Origin: Octopus sinensis
Taxonomy: Eukaryota
Reading direction: 5' to 3'
Assembly (NCBI RefSeq): GCF_006345805.1
Contig: NC_043006.1
Span: 94,984,001-95,048,000, forward strand
DNA: 64,000 nucleotides
The first letter of the stretch is position 1, and every line of letters begins with the position of its first letter. Position numbers and translations under genes: made by a program. The notes beneath the pieces are model-generated. The model was not told the DNA's origin and searched no databases. It saw nothing but the letters and a program-made list of their open reading frames with translations. Below, one piece after another: positions 26,680 to 39,124 of the stretch.

Positions 26680-27440
26680 ACCTCATGTTGAGAGAATCTA
26701 CCTTAGAATATGGGAAATACTCACAAGAACAATTTTGTGTAGTTATGATACACTTGGGTTCTCTTGCATTTCATTATGGTGTTTCAGGGCACCATTTGGC
26801 ATTATCCTAAGGCACCCAATTTTCACAGTTGATGCTTTTAGATACTACATTTCAGAGACCTCTAATTCAAGATTCTTTTATTTACTTAACTATTCGAGTT
26901 CTTTTCATAGACATATTGCAGTCTGCTGGAATTCTCATAGCAATGAAAATACATGTTTTATCATTCTGATTTTTCACCACAATATCTTGTCTGTTGACCT
27001 GCATAACCCGACCATTTTGAATAATAAAGTTCCAAAGAACGGTGATATCATTATTTTCTATTGCTTTGACAGGTTTATGTTACCACCATTGACTTGTGTT
27101 CTTCTGATTTGAGAGTGCAAACTTATGCCATATCAATCATTGCAAATACTTACCAGCTGCACCGTGGCCGTTAGTATACACATTTGAGATTACCACACAA
27201 CATCCAGAGATGAGGTGGTCAATTGTTTTCTTGGGCTTTGCCACAATGGTGCCAGGCTAGATCAGCACATTTTAAAGAACGACTGTTTGGTAATTTCTAG
27301 AGAGCAAACACTGACCCTCAGCTGCTAAAATGAAGACTTCTGTTCCCAGTTTTAAGTCCAGCTGCAGCCAGTCACTGATGGGTTATATTTGTATCAACAT
27401 CAGGATTGTTAGCCCTTGTAGGGCTACGCAACTCTGGAAT
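26680..27440 (-). pseudogene. Decayed R4/Dong-type LINE 3' part
   Basis: Minus strand AGLKTGTEVFILAAEGQ, CGKA..TIDHLISGC, VLWNFIIQ..VNRQDIVVK, MRIPAD, HKIVLVSISHILR. Confidence 0.8.
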
Positions 27441-27444
27441 CCTC

Positions 27445-27505
27445 AGCATCATCAACATCGTCATCGCCGCCGCCGCCGCCACCACCACCACCACCATCAT
27501 CGTCG

Positions 27506-27589
<84 letters not shown>

Positions 27590-27770
27590 CCACCACCACC
27601 ACTGCTATCATCATCATCATCACCATCATCCTCATCACGATCACAACCACCAACACCACCACCGCTATCATCATCATCATCACCACCACCACCACCAAAA
27701 TCATCATCATCATCACCACCACCACCACCACCACCACCACCGCGATCATCATCATCATCATCATCATCAT
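27445..27770 (+). repeat. (CAT)n/(CAC)n microsatellite
   Basis: Seen directly. It is the source of the poly-His/Asp/Met ORFs. Confidence 0.95.
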
Positions 27771-28120
27771 TGTTCAACATTTTTTAGTTTCAGGCAAATT
27801 TCTACTGCATCCCCTGCTGTACCTCCCTGTTGCTGGGGTGTGTACGGCATTGTGTGTTCCTTTTTGTTGTCGGGAGTGAAAAGACTCTTCCCGGTATTGT
27901 ATTATTAATCATTATTAATCATTACTGATCAACGTGGACGTGCTTTTAGCAGAGTTAAACAAAGGATTCTACTTCTGTAACTGCGTAAATATTCTGCTTT
28001 TCGGTCTCGAAGAAATTAGAGCACTAGAAAAGCAGTGCCATGTGTCGGCTGGTTTACCAACGATAAAGGATTTGTTATCAAAAGCTGGAATCGAGGACGG
28101 GTTTTAATGGAGATCTACAC

Positions 28121-28158
28121 AGGCGCAGGAGTGGCTGTGTGGTAAGTAGCTTGCTAAC
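28121..28158 (+). mobile_element. 5' end of a family A SINE, split by an insertion
   Basis: aggcgcaggagtggctgtgtggtaagtagcttgctaac; the SINE resumes at 30394. Confidence 0.9.
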
Positions 28159-30393
28159 GCACATGCGCAATTAGTCAGCTAATTCCTGTTCAGCCAGAGT
28201 GGACGCGAGTCAATCAGCTCTGTCCAATTAAAGAAAAAAGACCAAAATGGAAAGTTGTCGAGGTAAGTGATTTTGTTTATTGTGAGTTGGGCATAATTTA
28301 TTGCGTGCCAATTATTATTTCAGTAGGTTGTGTCCAACTCTGAGACAATTTCACCTGCTCTCGGCGGCTGCCGTTTTTGTGTTCATTGAAAAAAAAAAGA
28401 AAAAACAGTGGAGGGGCGTATCCTCAGAATTCAATACAGTTACTGTTAAAATTACCGTTGGCGGTAGCCAGTGCTGTGTTTGGGTATGTTGAATTTATTC
28501 CCTTGTCAGAGTACTTCGCAAGAAAATTATAAAAATAAGCCACTATTGGATTACCTTTCGGACCCATTTTTGTGGAGGTTGTGTTGCAGTTGCGGCGTTC
28601 CATGTTCCACCCAGGCCGGGAGTACCGCAAGGCCAGAATATTTTTGCTGTGTTTTTTCTGTTTATTAACTTTCTTTTGAACTTCATTTAACCCCCCCCCC
28701 CTTTTGTTTTTTTTCTTTATTGCGACTTTCCGTTAATTTCTTCCCTTCTGTTGTGCTTTCTCCTTTTTGTTTTTTCAAAAATCTATCAAATTTTATTTGG
28801 ACTTTTGAACTTTTTCTTCCTGCTTTTGAGTTTAATTTGAATATATTTTTAAAAAAACATGGCAATGAAAAATAACAAAATTTTGGAGTGGGAAATCATA
28901 CCACCCAAAAAGTGGTTAAAAGACCGTGAAGATAGGACGGTGGTGTTGAGAACCTACTCCAAGGCACTTGACACCATCGCCCTATTCGAAAAGACGGCAA
29001 TTGAGAAGGAGTTGGAAGAGTATTTGCCAACAATTAAATTCATTTCCAGGGGTGTCAAATATGCAACGGTGTGGTTTGACACCCTTGAAGAGGCTTGCAA
29101 ATTTGCTAGCAAACCCTTGGAGGGTAAGGAAATCTTATTCCTGCCCACGTACAAAAAAAAGAAATTGATGAAAGCTTGGATCTGCGGACTGCCACCCGAC
29201 ATAGAACCCGAGTGGATAGAGGAGACTATCCGCCGGGGTCTGGGTGACAGCGAAACTAAGCTCCTCAATGTAAAAGTTCTTCCTGCGGCTGCTTGGGTTG
29301 GGTCAAAAGCAATTTTGACCCTGTGGACCCAATCAGCTAATCTGGTTCTTCCAGATTTTTTGAAAATGGCCGGGTGCAGGTACCCGGTGATGCTTGAGGG
29401 TCGCCCCCCTAAGTGTCATCGGTGCTTGGAGTCCGGCCACATAGAGAAGAACTGTCCTCGGGAACAAAATAGGATCCCGGAACAGTTAAGTAAAACCACT
29501 CTAGAAGAGGGAACGATAACGGCCGAGAAAGCAGAGGACTCCTCAAACAGAGGCCGAAAGAGGAAGGTGAGCAACAATGGGTGCTCACCAAAGGATAATA
29601 GGGGTGAGGAGAGGAAGGCGAATCTTCCAGCCACGGAGGAGACGCACCCTCCCTCAGTTGAAAAGGGAAAAAAAAAGAAAAAGAGGAAGAAAAACGGGAC
29701 ATTACCGGCTGTCAGTGTAGCACCGGAATGTCGCGGAACTACGTCGGTTGGGGTTGTGCCACCGACAAGAGAAGGAATACCCTTGGCGGAAACTGTGCCG
29801 CCAACGAAAGAACTGAATGTATTGGTCCTCTTCTATAGAGGAGGAGAAATTGAAAAAGTGATGGAAGAGCACTACAAGGGAGCACCTTTAGCCTTCACAC
29901 AGGACCCCGAATGGCCTCCGCAGGTAGCTGTGGAGGCCGTGGCGTTCGACATGACGCTAGGGCTAAAGGAGCTCAATGAAGATTATAACTTGGTCCGGGC
30001 GACGCGAACTCGGAACTTGACTACGTTCTGAGGGAGGCGTGGTTGATGGTGGAGGGCGCGGGCACAAGCTATTTCGAGGACGATATGTATTATTAGTAAT
30101 GGACTTAAGTCCAAAAATTGAAAAATTGTAAGAGGATTAATACCTCGTTTTGTATTAATAATGGACTGCTAAGTCCAAAAATTGGAAAAATTGTAAGAGG
30201 TTTAATACCTCGTTTTGTGTTTATCTTTTTAAAAAGAACAATGTTTTAGAGAAGCAAAAGACGGCGGGCGCTTTCTGTCTTTTCCCATCCTTATCATCTT
30301 TCTTTCATTATCATTCACCTCATTAATGTCCTCGTCCAGCCCGCAAAGCTAACTTAATCTGTGTACTGCCTTTATGGCAAATGTTTTGAAATA
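28159..30393 (+). mobile_element. ORF1-only non-autonomous non-LTR retroelement (HAL1-like, L1/Tx1-related) with 15-bp TSD
   Basis: TSD AAGTAGCTTGCTAAC at 28144-28158 and 30394-30408. 700-bp 5' UTR, one ORF, ~360-bp 3' UTR ending in AATAAA at the TSD. No endonuclease or RT sequence. Confidence 0.85.
28859..30031 (+). CDS. ORF1p/gag-like nucleic-acid-binding protein, 390 aa: RRM-like region, CCHC zinc knuckle, basic NLS-like patch
   Basis: Intact ATG-to-TGA ORF. CHRCLESGHIEKNC (CX2CX4HX4C) at 29414-29455, RNP-like YATVWFDTLEEA and AWICGLPPDIEPEWI, and KGKKKKKRKK. Confidence 0.85.
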   Translation: MAMKNNKILEWEIIPPKKWLKDREDRTVVLRTYSKALDTIALFEKTAIEKELEEYLPTIKFISRGVKYATVWFDTLEEACKFASKPLEGKEILFLPTYKKKKLMKAWICGLPPDIEPEWIEETIRRGLGDSETKLLNVKVLPAAAWVGSKAILTLWTQSANLVLPDFLKMAGCRYPVMLEGRPPKCHRCLESGHIEKNCPREQNRIPEQLSKTTLEEGTITAEKAEDSSNRGRKRKVSNNGCSPKDNRGEERKANLPATEETHPPSVEKGKKKKKRKKNGTLPAVSVAPECRGTTSVGVVPPTREGIPLAETVPPTKELNVLVLFYRGGEIEKVMEEHYKGAPLAFTQDPEWPPQVAVEAVAFDMTLGLKELNEDYNLVRATRTRNLTTF

Positions 30394-30785
30394 AAGTAGC
30401 TTGCTAACCAACCACATGGTTCCGGGTTCAGTCCCACTGCGTGGCATCTTGGGCAAGTGTCTTCTACCATAGCCTCGGGCTGACCAAAGCCCTGTGAGTG
30501 GATTTGGTGGACGGAAACTGAAAGAAGCCTGTCGTATATATGTATATATATATATATGTATGTGTGTATGTTTGTGTGTCTGTGTTTGTCCCCCTAGCAT
30601 TGCTTGATAACTGATGCTGGTGTGTTTACGTCCCCGTCACTTAGCTGTTCGGCAAAAAGAGACCGATAGAATAAGTACTGGGCTTACAAAGAATAAGTCC
30701 CGGGGTCGATTTGCTCTACTAAAGGCGGTGCTCCAGCATGGTCGCAGTCAAATGACTGAAACAAGTAAAAGAAAAAAGAAAAGAC
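30394..30785 (+). mobile_element. Remainder of the split family A SINE
   Basis: Continues caaccacatggttccgggttcagtccc..., colinear with the intact copy at 53411-53820. Confidence 0.92.
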
Positions 30786-31317
30786 AAATGGAGAGCTGGT
30801 GGGAGTCAAAATCCGTCGAGGGAGTCTGCGCACATCCTAGTGAATAAATTTTGAATATCAAACTGAAACGTACCCGACTCCACCTAGATTGGCAACAGAT
30901 CCACTGTGCTCAGACTTTTGCAAAGAAGGTCGGCTGTTTATAAAAAAAAACACAGTAACGCCACGGTTACTGTCGCAGTCTGGAAGATAATCACATTTGA
31001 AACAGAAATTTCTAGTAAATATTCGTCGCCTAAAGTGATAGGCTCACATTTCGACTAATCACCATGTGAGGTTTACTTTTAATGGATACGAGAAACGAAT
31101 TGGGATCTGTACGTTTTTTGCTGTTGTCATTGTGTTTGTTTCGCGTAATATTATCAAAGAAGATATATGATTAAAAGTAAATATGGCGGTCACGGGATTC
31201 TGGTCTGTTTTCCGTACTGTTAGCTCTTTTAGCGTTTACATGATTTAGTCATTGTAATACAACCATGACGGGTACTGTCCTGAAGAGATTAGCGCAACAA
31301 ATCAATCTAGCCCATAT

Positions 31318-31383
<66 letters not shown>

Positions 31384-31527
31384 ATATATATTGAATTATG
31401 TACTTAATATATCAGTCACTTTATCCAAACCGCTAGGTTGTGTGGACATAAGCAGACTAGGACCGGTTGTCAAGCGATCATGGGACATACATACATACAA
31501 ACATACATACATACACCACTTTCATAA

Positions 31528-31604
31528 TGCTCTGATGACGGAATATCCAGTGTATGGATATGCTGGCCTATCACTTGTGATATCCCAGAAACAGCTGTAA
31601 GACC
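31528..31604 (+). ncRNA. Type I hammerhead fold, probably decayed (weak stem I)
   Basis: CUGAUGA at 31532, branched stem II (atcca/tggat and tatcac/gtgata), GAAA C-AGCU-G UA|. Stem I is only 2 bp and the stem II closing pair is C-A. Confidence 0.55.
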
Positions 31605-32480
31605 ACAAATTCAGCCTACCTTAAATAATGAGTTGAGGCACTCGTGCTGCCTTGGTTTTAGTTGTCCTTTTTCCCTCTAATATATACCTGCTAATACGGA
31701 AGCCTAATACGGATCCCTAGCTCCAGCCTCAGGTGGGAACTTGGAACATCACGGAAGAGCAGTTATAGCACTTACTCAATGTGCCTCCTCATATTCTATA
31801 TATATATAGAATGGTAGAGAAATCCTATGGTAGAAAACACAATGGAAGAGAAATCCTATAGGTTCATGCACTGGCAGAAACACACCTTCAACTCATATGA
31901 ATGATGGTTAATATAGATAACCTCCTTAATTTTAATAATTTGGTTCCACATCTACAACAACACCATAGACAAAATTTTTTTTATACTCCGTTATTTGAAG
32001 GCCTACTACCAAATTCGTTACGGTATGTTCTACCTTTGTCTCTCTATCTTTCCCCCCTCTCTCTCTCTCTCATCTCTCTCTATCATAAGCACAATCAAAC
32101 ACACAGACACAAACCTGTCACTCCACCACTAGTTGTATTTTGCATTGATCCCCCCACACAAACAATCACACACACATATACACACACATAGGCACGAATG
32201 CAGTTATAGACATACACACACATAGGCACTCAATCTCATTGGCAAAAGCAAACAACAACGCATCACCATACATACGACTTGCACTTTGTCACCCCCCTAT
32301 TCTTAGTACTTGCCACTTCCAACCATTCTTGAACTCTTGAACTTTTTAGAATCTTATCCATCCAACCAATTTTGACGTCACTGCTTGTAACGGAATATTT
32401 TTAAGAAACACTCATTATTACTATGGACTCCGTGTGGGCAGTCATCTAAGAATTTTTGTTCGTCATGATGCTGACATAAG

Positions 32481-32579
32481 TTCCTTGTTTTTCCTGATGA
32501 GAAAACGGCATAATTCACCCTTTATTCCTTCGGAATTAAGAATATGCAGTCTTTGAAACATGTGTCGAGAATAAAGGAA
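32481..32579 (+). ncRNA. Type I hammerhead ribozyme (best-formed candidate)
   Basis: Stem I 32481-93/32567-79 (5 bp, 2x2 loop, 6 bp), CUGAUGA at 32494-500, long stem II (GAAAAC/GUCUUU with one mismatch, GCAUA/UAUGC, UUC/GAA), GAAA C-AUGU-G UC| with cleavage after 32566. Confidence 0.8.
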
Positions 32580-32866
32580 TTTTGTTAAATCGTCGTTCGA
32601 CTCCATTCTTTCATTTATCTATAGTAAAAAAACACACAAATTTTCACACGAAAGCACGTGATTTCTGCCCTTGGCATGTAGCTTCAACCGTGATTTCTGA
32701 CGTAAATTTGCTACCCGGGCATCGGTTAACCGAATTATCCATATTAGGATAATTCATTCAACTACTTAAACATATATATATATATATATATATGTACATA
32801 CACACATACAACTCTGTCTCACACTTTCTGTCCCGTGTTCTCCCCTCTCTTTCTCTCTCTCTCTCT

Positions 32867-32901
<35 letters not shown>

Positions 32902-34595
32902 GTATGTGTGTATGTATATGTATATGTATATACGCACTCGCGCTGGGCTAACACAAAATTTCCGTTTACCAAATTCACTCACACAGCATTGGTCTTGCTG
33001 TGTGTCTATGGAAGGCACATGCCCAAGTTACCACACAGTTGAATCCAACTCGAAACCACATTGTTACAAATCGAGTTTCTTAACTAAGGACCTTGTAGGC
33101 CACCTAAGATAAAATTAGCCAATCGGACTTCCTTCTACAAAATGCTTGATGCACGTTGTTGTTTCTGGCATGTCTTAGTCGCGAACGCCAGACAGGAAGT
33201 CATAGATGTCACTCGATGGCTTCTATTCGGTGGTAAGTTATGTTAGCCACAGCAACCGCTTTGAATCGTTCGTTATATTCTTGATTTTCTGAACCGCAAT
33301 ACAGCATGCCAACATCCACCATATACTTTTGCTCAATCTCTGTATTTCTGAGATAATCCCAGAATGAAATACGATAAAATTTCTATTCGTTACATAAGTC
33401 CGATAAGCAGTTGTATGTTCTTAGTGAAATATTTCTCATTAAACATTCATCATCGAATCGTTGTTTCCCACCGTTATTTCACTGACTCGCTCACGCTCCC
33501 TCGTTTGCAATATTCATGTGTTTGTGAATATGCGCATGTATTCACACACATAAACACACGTGACCATATATGCGTGTGTATTTGCGCGTATGTGAGTGAC
33601 AACGAGTATGTGTGTATGTATTCATGCGTATGTATATAATATAATATAATATAACATAATATAATATAATATAATATAATATATGTATATGTATATATGT
33701 GTGTGTGTGTGTGTGTGTGTGGGAGAGAGAGAGAGAAGGAGAAATAGAGAGAGGGAGAGATATAAATACAATATTATTTTAATAAAATTGCATATTGCTC
33801 TCCTTATTTCTTTCTCTCTCTCTCAACACACACACACACACATATATATGTGTGTGTGCATGTGTGCGTGTGTGTGTGTGTGCGTGTGTGTATGTGTGTT
33901 TGTTTGTGTGTGTTCGTACACGTGTGCATAGTGTTCTTCTTTGCATGTATTTGTGTAAAATACAGTTGCTTTCTATACGTGAATAGGTGTGATGAAATGA
34001 GTCATGTGCTGTGCATAAAAGTATCCGACCATTGCAGACACGGATATTAAAGAAAGCCTTCAAGATATGGTTTTCTGCGAATGAACCAGGTCGAAGATAG
34101 AAATCTATATAATCAATAAATAATGCTTACTAAATTTAACATCTCCAACCACACTATTATCGCTGGTGATGTTTTATTTGGTAACAAGTGAACAATATTT
34201 CTCTTAAATCACATTCGACTCACTTAAAATTTTCCGGAACCAAACTAGAAATAATTGTGCCACGTAGGGAGAAAATGCTATTATTTTTTAGTTTTGATTT
34301 TTGGCAAGTACGACAGACAACCTAATATATGTTTCAGTATAAGCTAATCTCAGATTCATGAAGGACAAAGAGGTGCCTAGGAATATAGATGAGGTGTTAG
34401 AAACTGAGAATTATCATTGACGGTTTAGGTACAGGATACAAGAATTAATTTCGTGAAATTATGTTTGATGAGACGAGCTGGCAGACGACTCGCTAACTTG
34501 CTAGACAAATGCTTCTAGTTATTTCTTCCGGATCTTCACGTCTGTTTTCAAATTCTGCTGTAATCGACTTTCATCAATTCGAAGTGGATAACCGA

Positions 34596-34705
34596 TCATC
34601 ATCATTGTTCGACCGTGGTCGAGACAATGGAATTTACCATGTTGCGCCAGACTTCACGGTTCATCATAGCATTACGGAGGTCCTGTTGCTGGATGCCTGT
34701 ATCCC
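34596..34705 (-). mobile_element. 110-bp 5'-truncated LINE 3' end (RTE-like) with 11-bp TSD, inside a family B SINE
   Basis: TSD TGGATAACCGA at 34585-95 and 34706-16. Minus strand DTGIQQQDLRNAMMNREVWRNMVNSIVSTTVEQ* followed by (TGA)n. Confidence 0.75.
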
Positions 34706-35898
34706 TGGATAACCGAAGTGGTTGTTCGGTTCTGATATTTCATGTAATCGACTAGCCCTCTGCCCCAAACTTTTAGGCCTTGTGACTATACAGGTTTCAG
34801 ATTTTTGGTACAAAGCCAGAAATGTTGGTAGCTATTTCATTCATCCCGAAATGATAAAAGGCAAAGTCAACGTTGGTGGCATTCGATCTCAGAATGTAAA
34901 ATCGGAAGAAAACTTGAAATGCATTTTGTCCGTAACGATTGTTTCAGTTACTGCCTTAAAGTCCTTGTGACTAGATTCAAACAAATATAATTAATGAGGT
35001 GAAAGTGCCTCGACAAACTAGGAGAGCGCTGCTCTCAAGATTGAAAAATCAGAGTTTCGATTCCCGGACCGGACGGTACGTTGTGCAAAACATTTAATTT
35101 CATGTTGGTCCAGTCCACTCAGATGTAAAGGAAAATCCCTATGAGGGACTGGCAAGAGGATAATAGGCCTTATGAGTCCCAAGATTCGAAACAGCAATGT
35201 TCAGGGGACTTTTGTTTACGATATTTAATGAGTAGGTCTTTATAAAAGCAACTGATATAAAAAAGACAAGTATAAATTAACCAATATTAATTATTGACTG
35301 ACACTTAAATTGGGAGGGGTCGAAAGCAGGAAGCAACACAGGAAATTGACTAATCATTGCTACTACAAATAGCTGATGGCTAAATTACAATACTGAGATG
35401 ACAGTAATAGGAAAGAAAGTGAGTCTTGTATGAAACATAATGAAAATAATATTAACGCTTGATTAATATTTTAGTTCCCAACCGCATAATTATTTTTAGC
35501 TAGACATAAATGTTTTCGTTTTGAAAATCCAAAACAATGCGAGTTATAAAACATAAGATACGTCGCTGGTTTGAACTTGTAACTCATACAGTAACATCAG
35601 GCTTCTCTGTGGCAAAATGAAATGCTTCAAAAACTATTTAGGCCGAAAGTGATTACATCAATCTGTTTGTTTAGGTGAATGTACTTATTTGCATGTAATG
35701 TCTCACTGGATTCTCTGCTGCACAAACTTCAGGTAGTGCGATCACAGTGGTACTATCTTCTAGTGTTAAGGAGAGATCAGAAGATGTAAGATAAATTATT
35801 TCCTTTGAGGTAAAGGATTTGATTTACCGGTGAGCTACAATAGCGCTCAATGCTAGGGAACCAACTAGGACGTGCCGTCGTTATCGTAAATCAGAAAA

Positions 35899-36110
35899 AG
35901 GCGGCGAGCTGGCTGAGTCGTTAGCTCACCGGGCGAAATCTTCATGGTATTTTGTTGGTCTTTAAGTTCTGAGTTCAAATTCAGCCGAGGTCAACTTTGC
36001 CTTTCCTACTTTCAGGATCAATAATTTAAGTACCAGTGAAACATTGGGATCGATGTAATCGACTGGTCCCTTCCCCTAAATTTCAGGCCTTTTACTTATA
36101 GTAGAAATAA
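35899..36110 (+). mobile_element. tRNA-derived SINE (family B)
   Basis: aggcggcgagctggctgagtcgttagc...gagttcaaattcagccgaggtcaactttgcc. Confidence 0.85.
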
Positions 36111-36899
36111 TTATTGCACATCAAAATTCCACCAAAATACACGTAGGGTTTTCTAGACTTTGTTCCCGATTCTATATATACATTCAGCGGCATTGTCTCC
36201 ATTGAGCGAAACATCAAAATATGACATTATAAATGTTCATTGAGGAAGACAAGCCGTTGTTTATCTATCCGGGTTTTCTCTCCACGCAGCTCCTGTGTAT
36301 ATCCATGTCGTCGACTTGGGCCGATATTGATCAGCATTAGTGTCATCTCAACTATTGCTGTCAGAACGCAAACAAGCATAAGAAACTTCGCCTCACTCTT
36401 TAACAGTTACCCCAATCTTGGATTCATGCCTTTTATTGACCTAGAATGGATGAAAGTCAAAATTGACTTCGGCTGGATTTGAAATCAGAGTGAAATAAGT
36501 CGGAACAAATCCTGCGAGTTCACTTCAACACTTTAAGAATCTTTCCTATTCCCAGCTTTATTGAAGAGTTCGAGTTATGTTATAACGTTGGTCGCAATTG
36601 TACAGAGCAAGAGTCAGGTTATAACATCTGCGGAGAATTCCAGTCTGTGTGCTGCGTCGGTTGTGCTATTTTATAAAAGGATGAGTGTGTAGGGCGTACT
36701 ATTTGAATTGCGTTATTAAAGGGAAGATGTGATGCATCTAGCAGAGCTATATCATGGACTGCGTAGAACATTGTGAACCCTTAGAATAGTTTGTATAATT
36801 TTGGTCTTCAGAGAACACAGTATTCCTATTTTTGTTGGAATCACTTTAACTTCTATGCTACGTTCCTTCTTCTTTTAAATGGAAGATCATTAAATTCTG

Positions 36900-37400
36900 A
36901 TTCCGTACTTCCTCTCAAAGAATTTTATTTTGTTCAGAATGGATGACGCTGTCAGGTATTTTAATAATTATACGTGGACCTTTTGCCTCAATTTCCTTGT
37001 CAACCAAACAGACAAGTCACAGGAGATTCTAGTTTGGTCGTCGTCCTGTACAATGTTTTGTATACGTTAATAGAATTTTACATTCGTTTTCAGGTCATCA
37101 TGTTAGCATATTACATAACAGACATCGCTACCAACTTGTTCACAGCTCTAAATTTATTCAGACATAGCAAGGGCTTTGCGGCTATAAATGATGCAGTCAA
37201 TTTTCTCGTTGTAGTAGCTGAGCAGTCTGCGCTCTCTGTCAGCACATATCTCATTAGTTTATTTTCGTAATTGTTTCTGACAAGGCATTGGTCCTGTGCA
37301 ACCAAAATCAGATTTCTGTTTCTGCATTTAGCCGAAAGCGTTTCAGCCATACTTATCTTTCACACTGTTTTACTTCCTTTCTCTCACGTCTTGCAGAGTA
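36900..37400 (-). pseudogene. Decayed R4/Dong-type fragment
   Basis: Minus strand WLKR..AET..LILVAQDQCLVRNNYENK, followed by a degenerate zinc-finger region. Confidence 0.65.
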
Positions 37401-39124
37401 TTGATCGTGGAGCGGATTTTCTGTTTTTATATTCCTTAGTATATTTTAGAATACTATTTTGCTAACATTTCGTTTTTCTGTCATTGTCTAATGTTTTGTA
37501 CTTATCTATTATTCACTTCTTGTTTTCTACTTATTTTGTTACAAAGACAGAGGAGAAATATTTTGTCCTTTATCTCATATTCGCGTAATACACGCACCAA
37601 TTACTTTTTACTTCCAACTGGTTGCGACAGGTTTCAGAGGATTCGTTGAAACCAAGGTTTACCCGATGCTCAGGAGTCTTCGACCAGCTGCGAAGGAGAC
37701 AAGAGATGTTCTGAAAGAAAACTGTCGGAATCCAGTCAGAAAGCAAGCCATTACACCTGGATGAAGGTGTAATGATCAAATAAAACAAGAAAACATTCAG
37801 GTTATTAGAAACCTCTGGATAAGAGTCGCAACATGTGACTCAACAACGCTCATGCTATTGTGAGGGACTCATGGTACTCACATCGACAGGTGGACTCCGC
37901 CTGCTCTGATGTCGTGTGGTGGGAGGGGCCGAAACATTAAGAGAGCAGCTTCAAGCCTTAATGAGACACCGACTCTTGCATTCGAAGTCGGGGTGCAACA
38001 ATAGCCTCAACGCATAAATGCTTACCCTGAATGTTTTTGTTCAGTCCCACATTTTCTTTAGTTTGTAGTAGTTCTTTGCAATTTAGTCATCAACAAATTT
38101 ATATAATTACTTCCACCGTTCTCGACTCATCAGACTAGAAGCAAAGCAAATCAAATCATACTTGCCTTGACCATCGCCGCATTAATGGTAATTAATTGTT
38201 ATACCTGATCTGTTTGACCTGACGGTAAGAATTATAATATTATACTTGTTGTTCCTGTAACACGACTGTTTCGTCCATGTGTTACGCCAAGAAAGCTCAA
38301 GTGGAGAAATATGTATATATATATATATAAATTGTTGACCTTGTGCCAAACGTTTGAACCAGTATGAGCTCTACTCGATCAAAATTGATCTGGGGCTAAT
38401 TGATCTGGGGCTAGTAACATTAAAGGAAAATACCCTAAACCAATGGAAAGAACATCCGGGTTTTTGCTAGACCCACTAGAAATAGCAGCAAATATCATAT
38501 AAAGGACATCCTTACGTCTTAAATAATTTAAGGACACGTAAAAAAATATTGTTCTTATAAGTTCCTAAAACAATAAATTCGCTCAGAATTGAGCTGGGAT
38601 CACACAACATAAGCATCTGTTGTTATATTTTCATTATCGTTATAAATATGTGAATGTTATTATTGTACAAGAAGAAAACAAGCGAAGACTTGCAATATAA
38701 TATTTAAGACATTAACATTTCCTAATATGACAAAAAGAAAATGTGTGAACTATTTCTGTGTACATAAACAAAGATAAAAATGAGTTTCGACGCTAAATAT
38801 CATGTTATTTATCAATGAGTTTATATATGCATGGCTGTGTCTACAGTGAAGTTCGGATCAGCTTTAAAACAATGGTAGGCGATGCAGCACCTGCTTGGTG
38901 TAGTCTATCTTATGTATGACGTCATAAGATGGATATCAATACGTAAGGTAAAAGAAAACGCACTTAAAAATCTCAAGAAACAATAAAGACAAACCATTTG
39001 AATTATTTGAAAAACGACTATGTTATATAGTAGCACACGTAAACATGCACACGCACGCACACATATATTAAGGCAGAAAACACACACGCGTATAAAATCA
39101 AAAAGAAAAATAATAATGACAAAA

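Noticed and set aside
37900-37960. Hammerhead-like ctgct-ctgatgt...cgaaac...agcag
   Set aside because: The core has a mismatch at A9, and there is no stem II pairing or NUH site.
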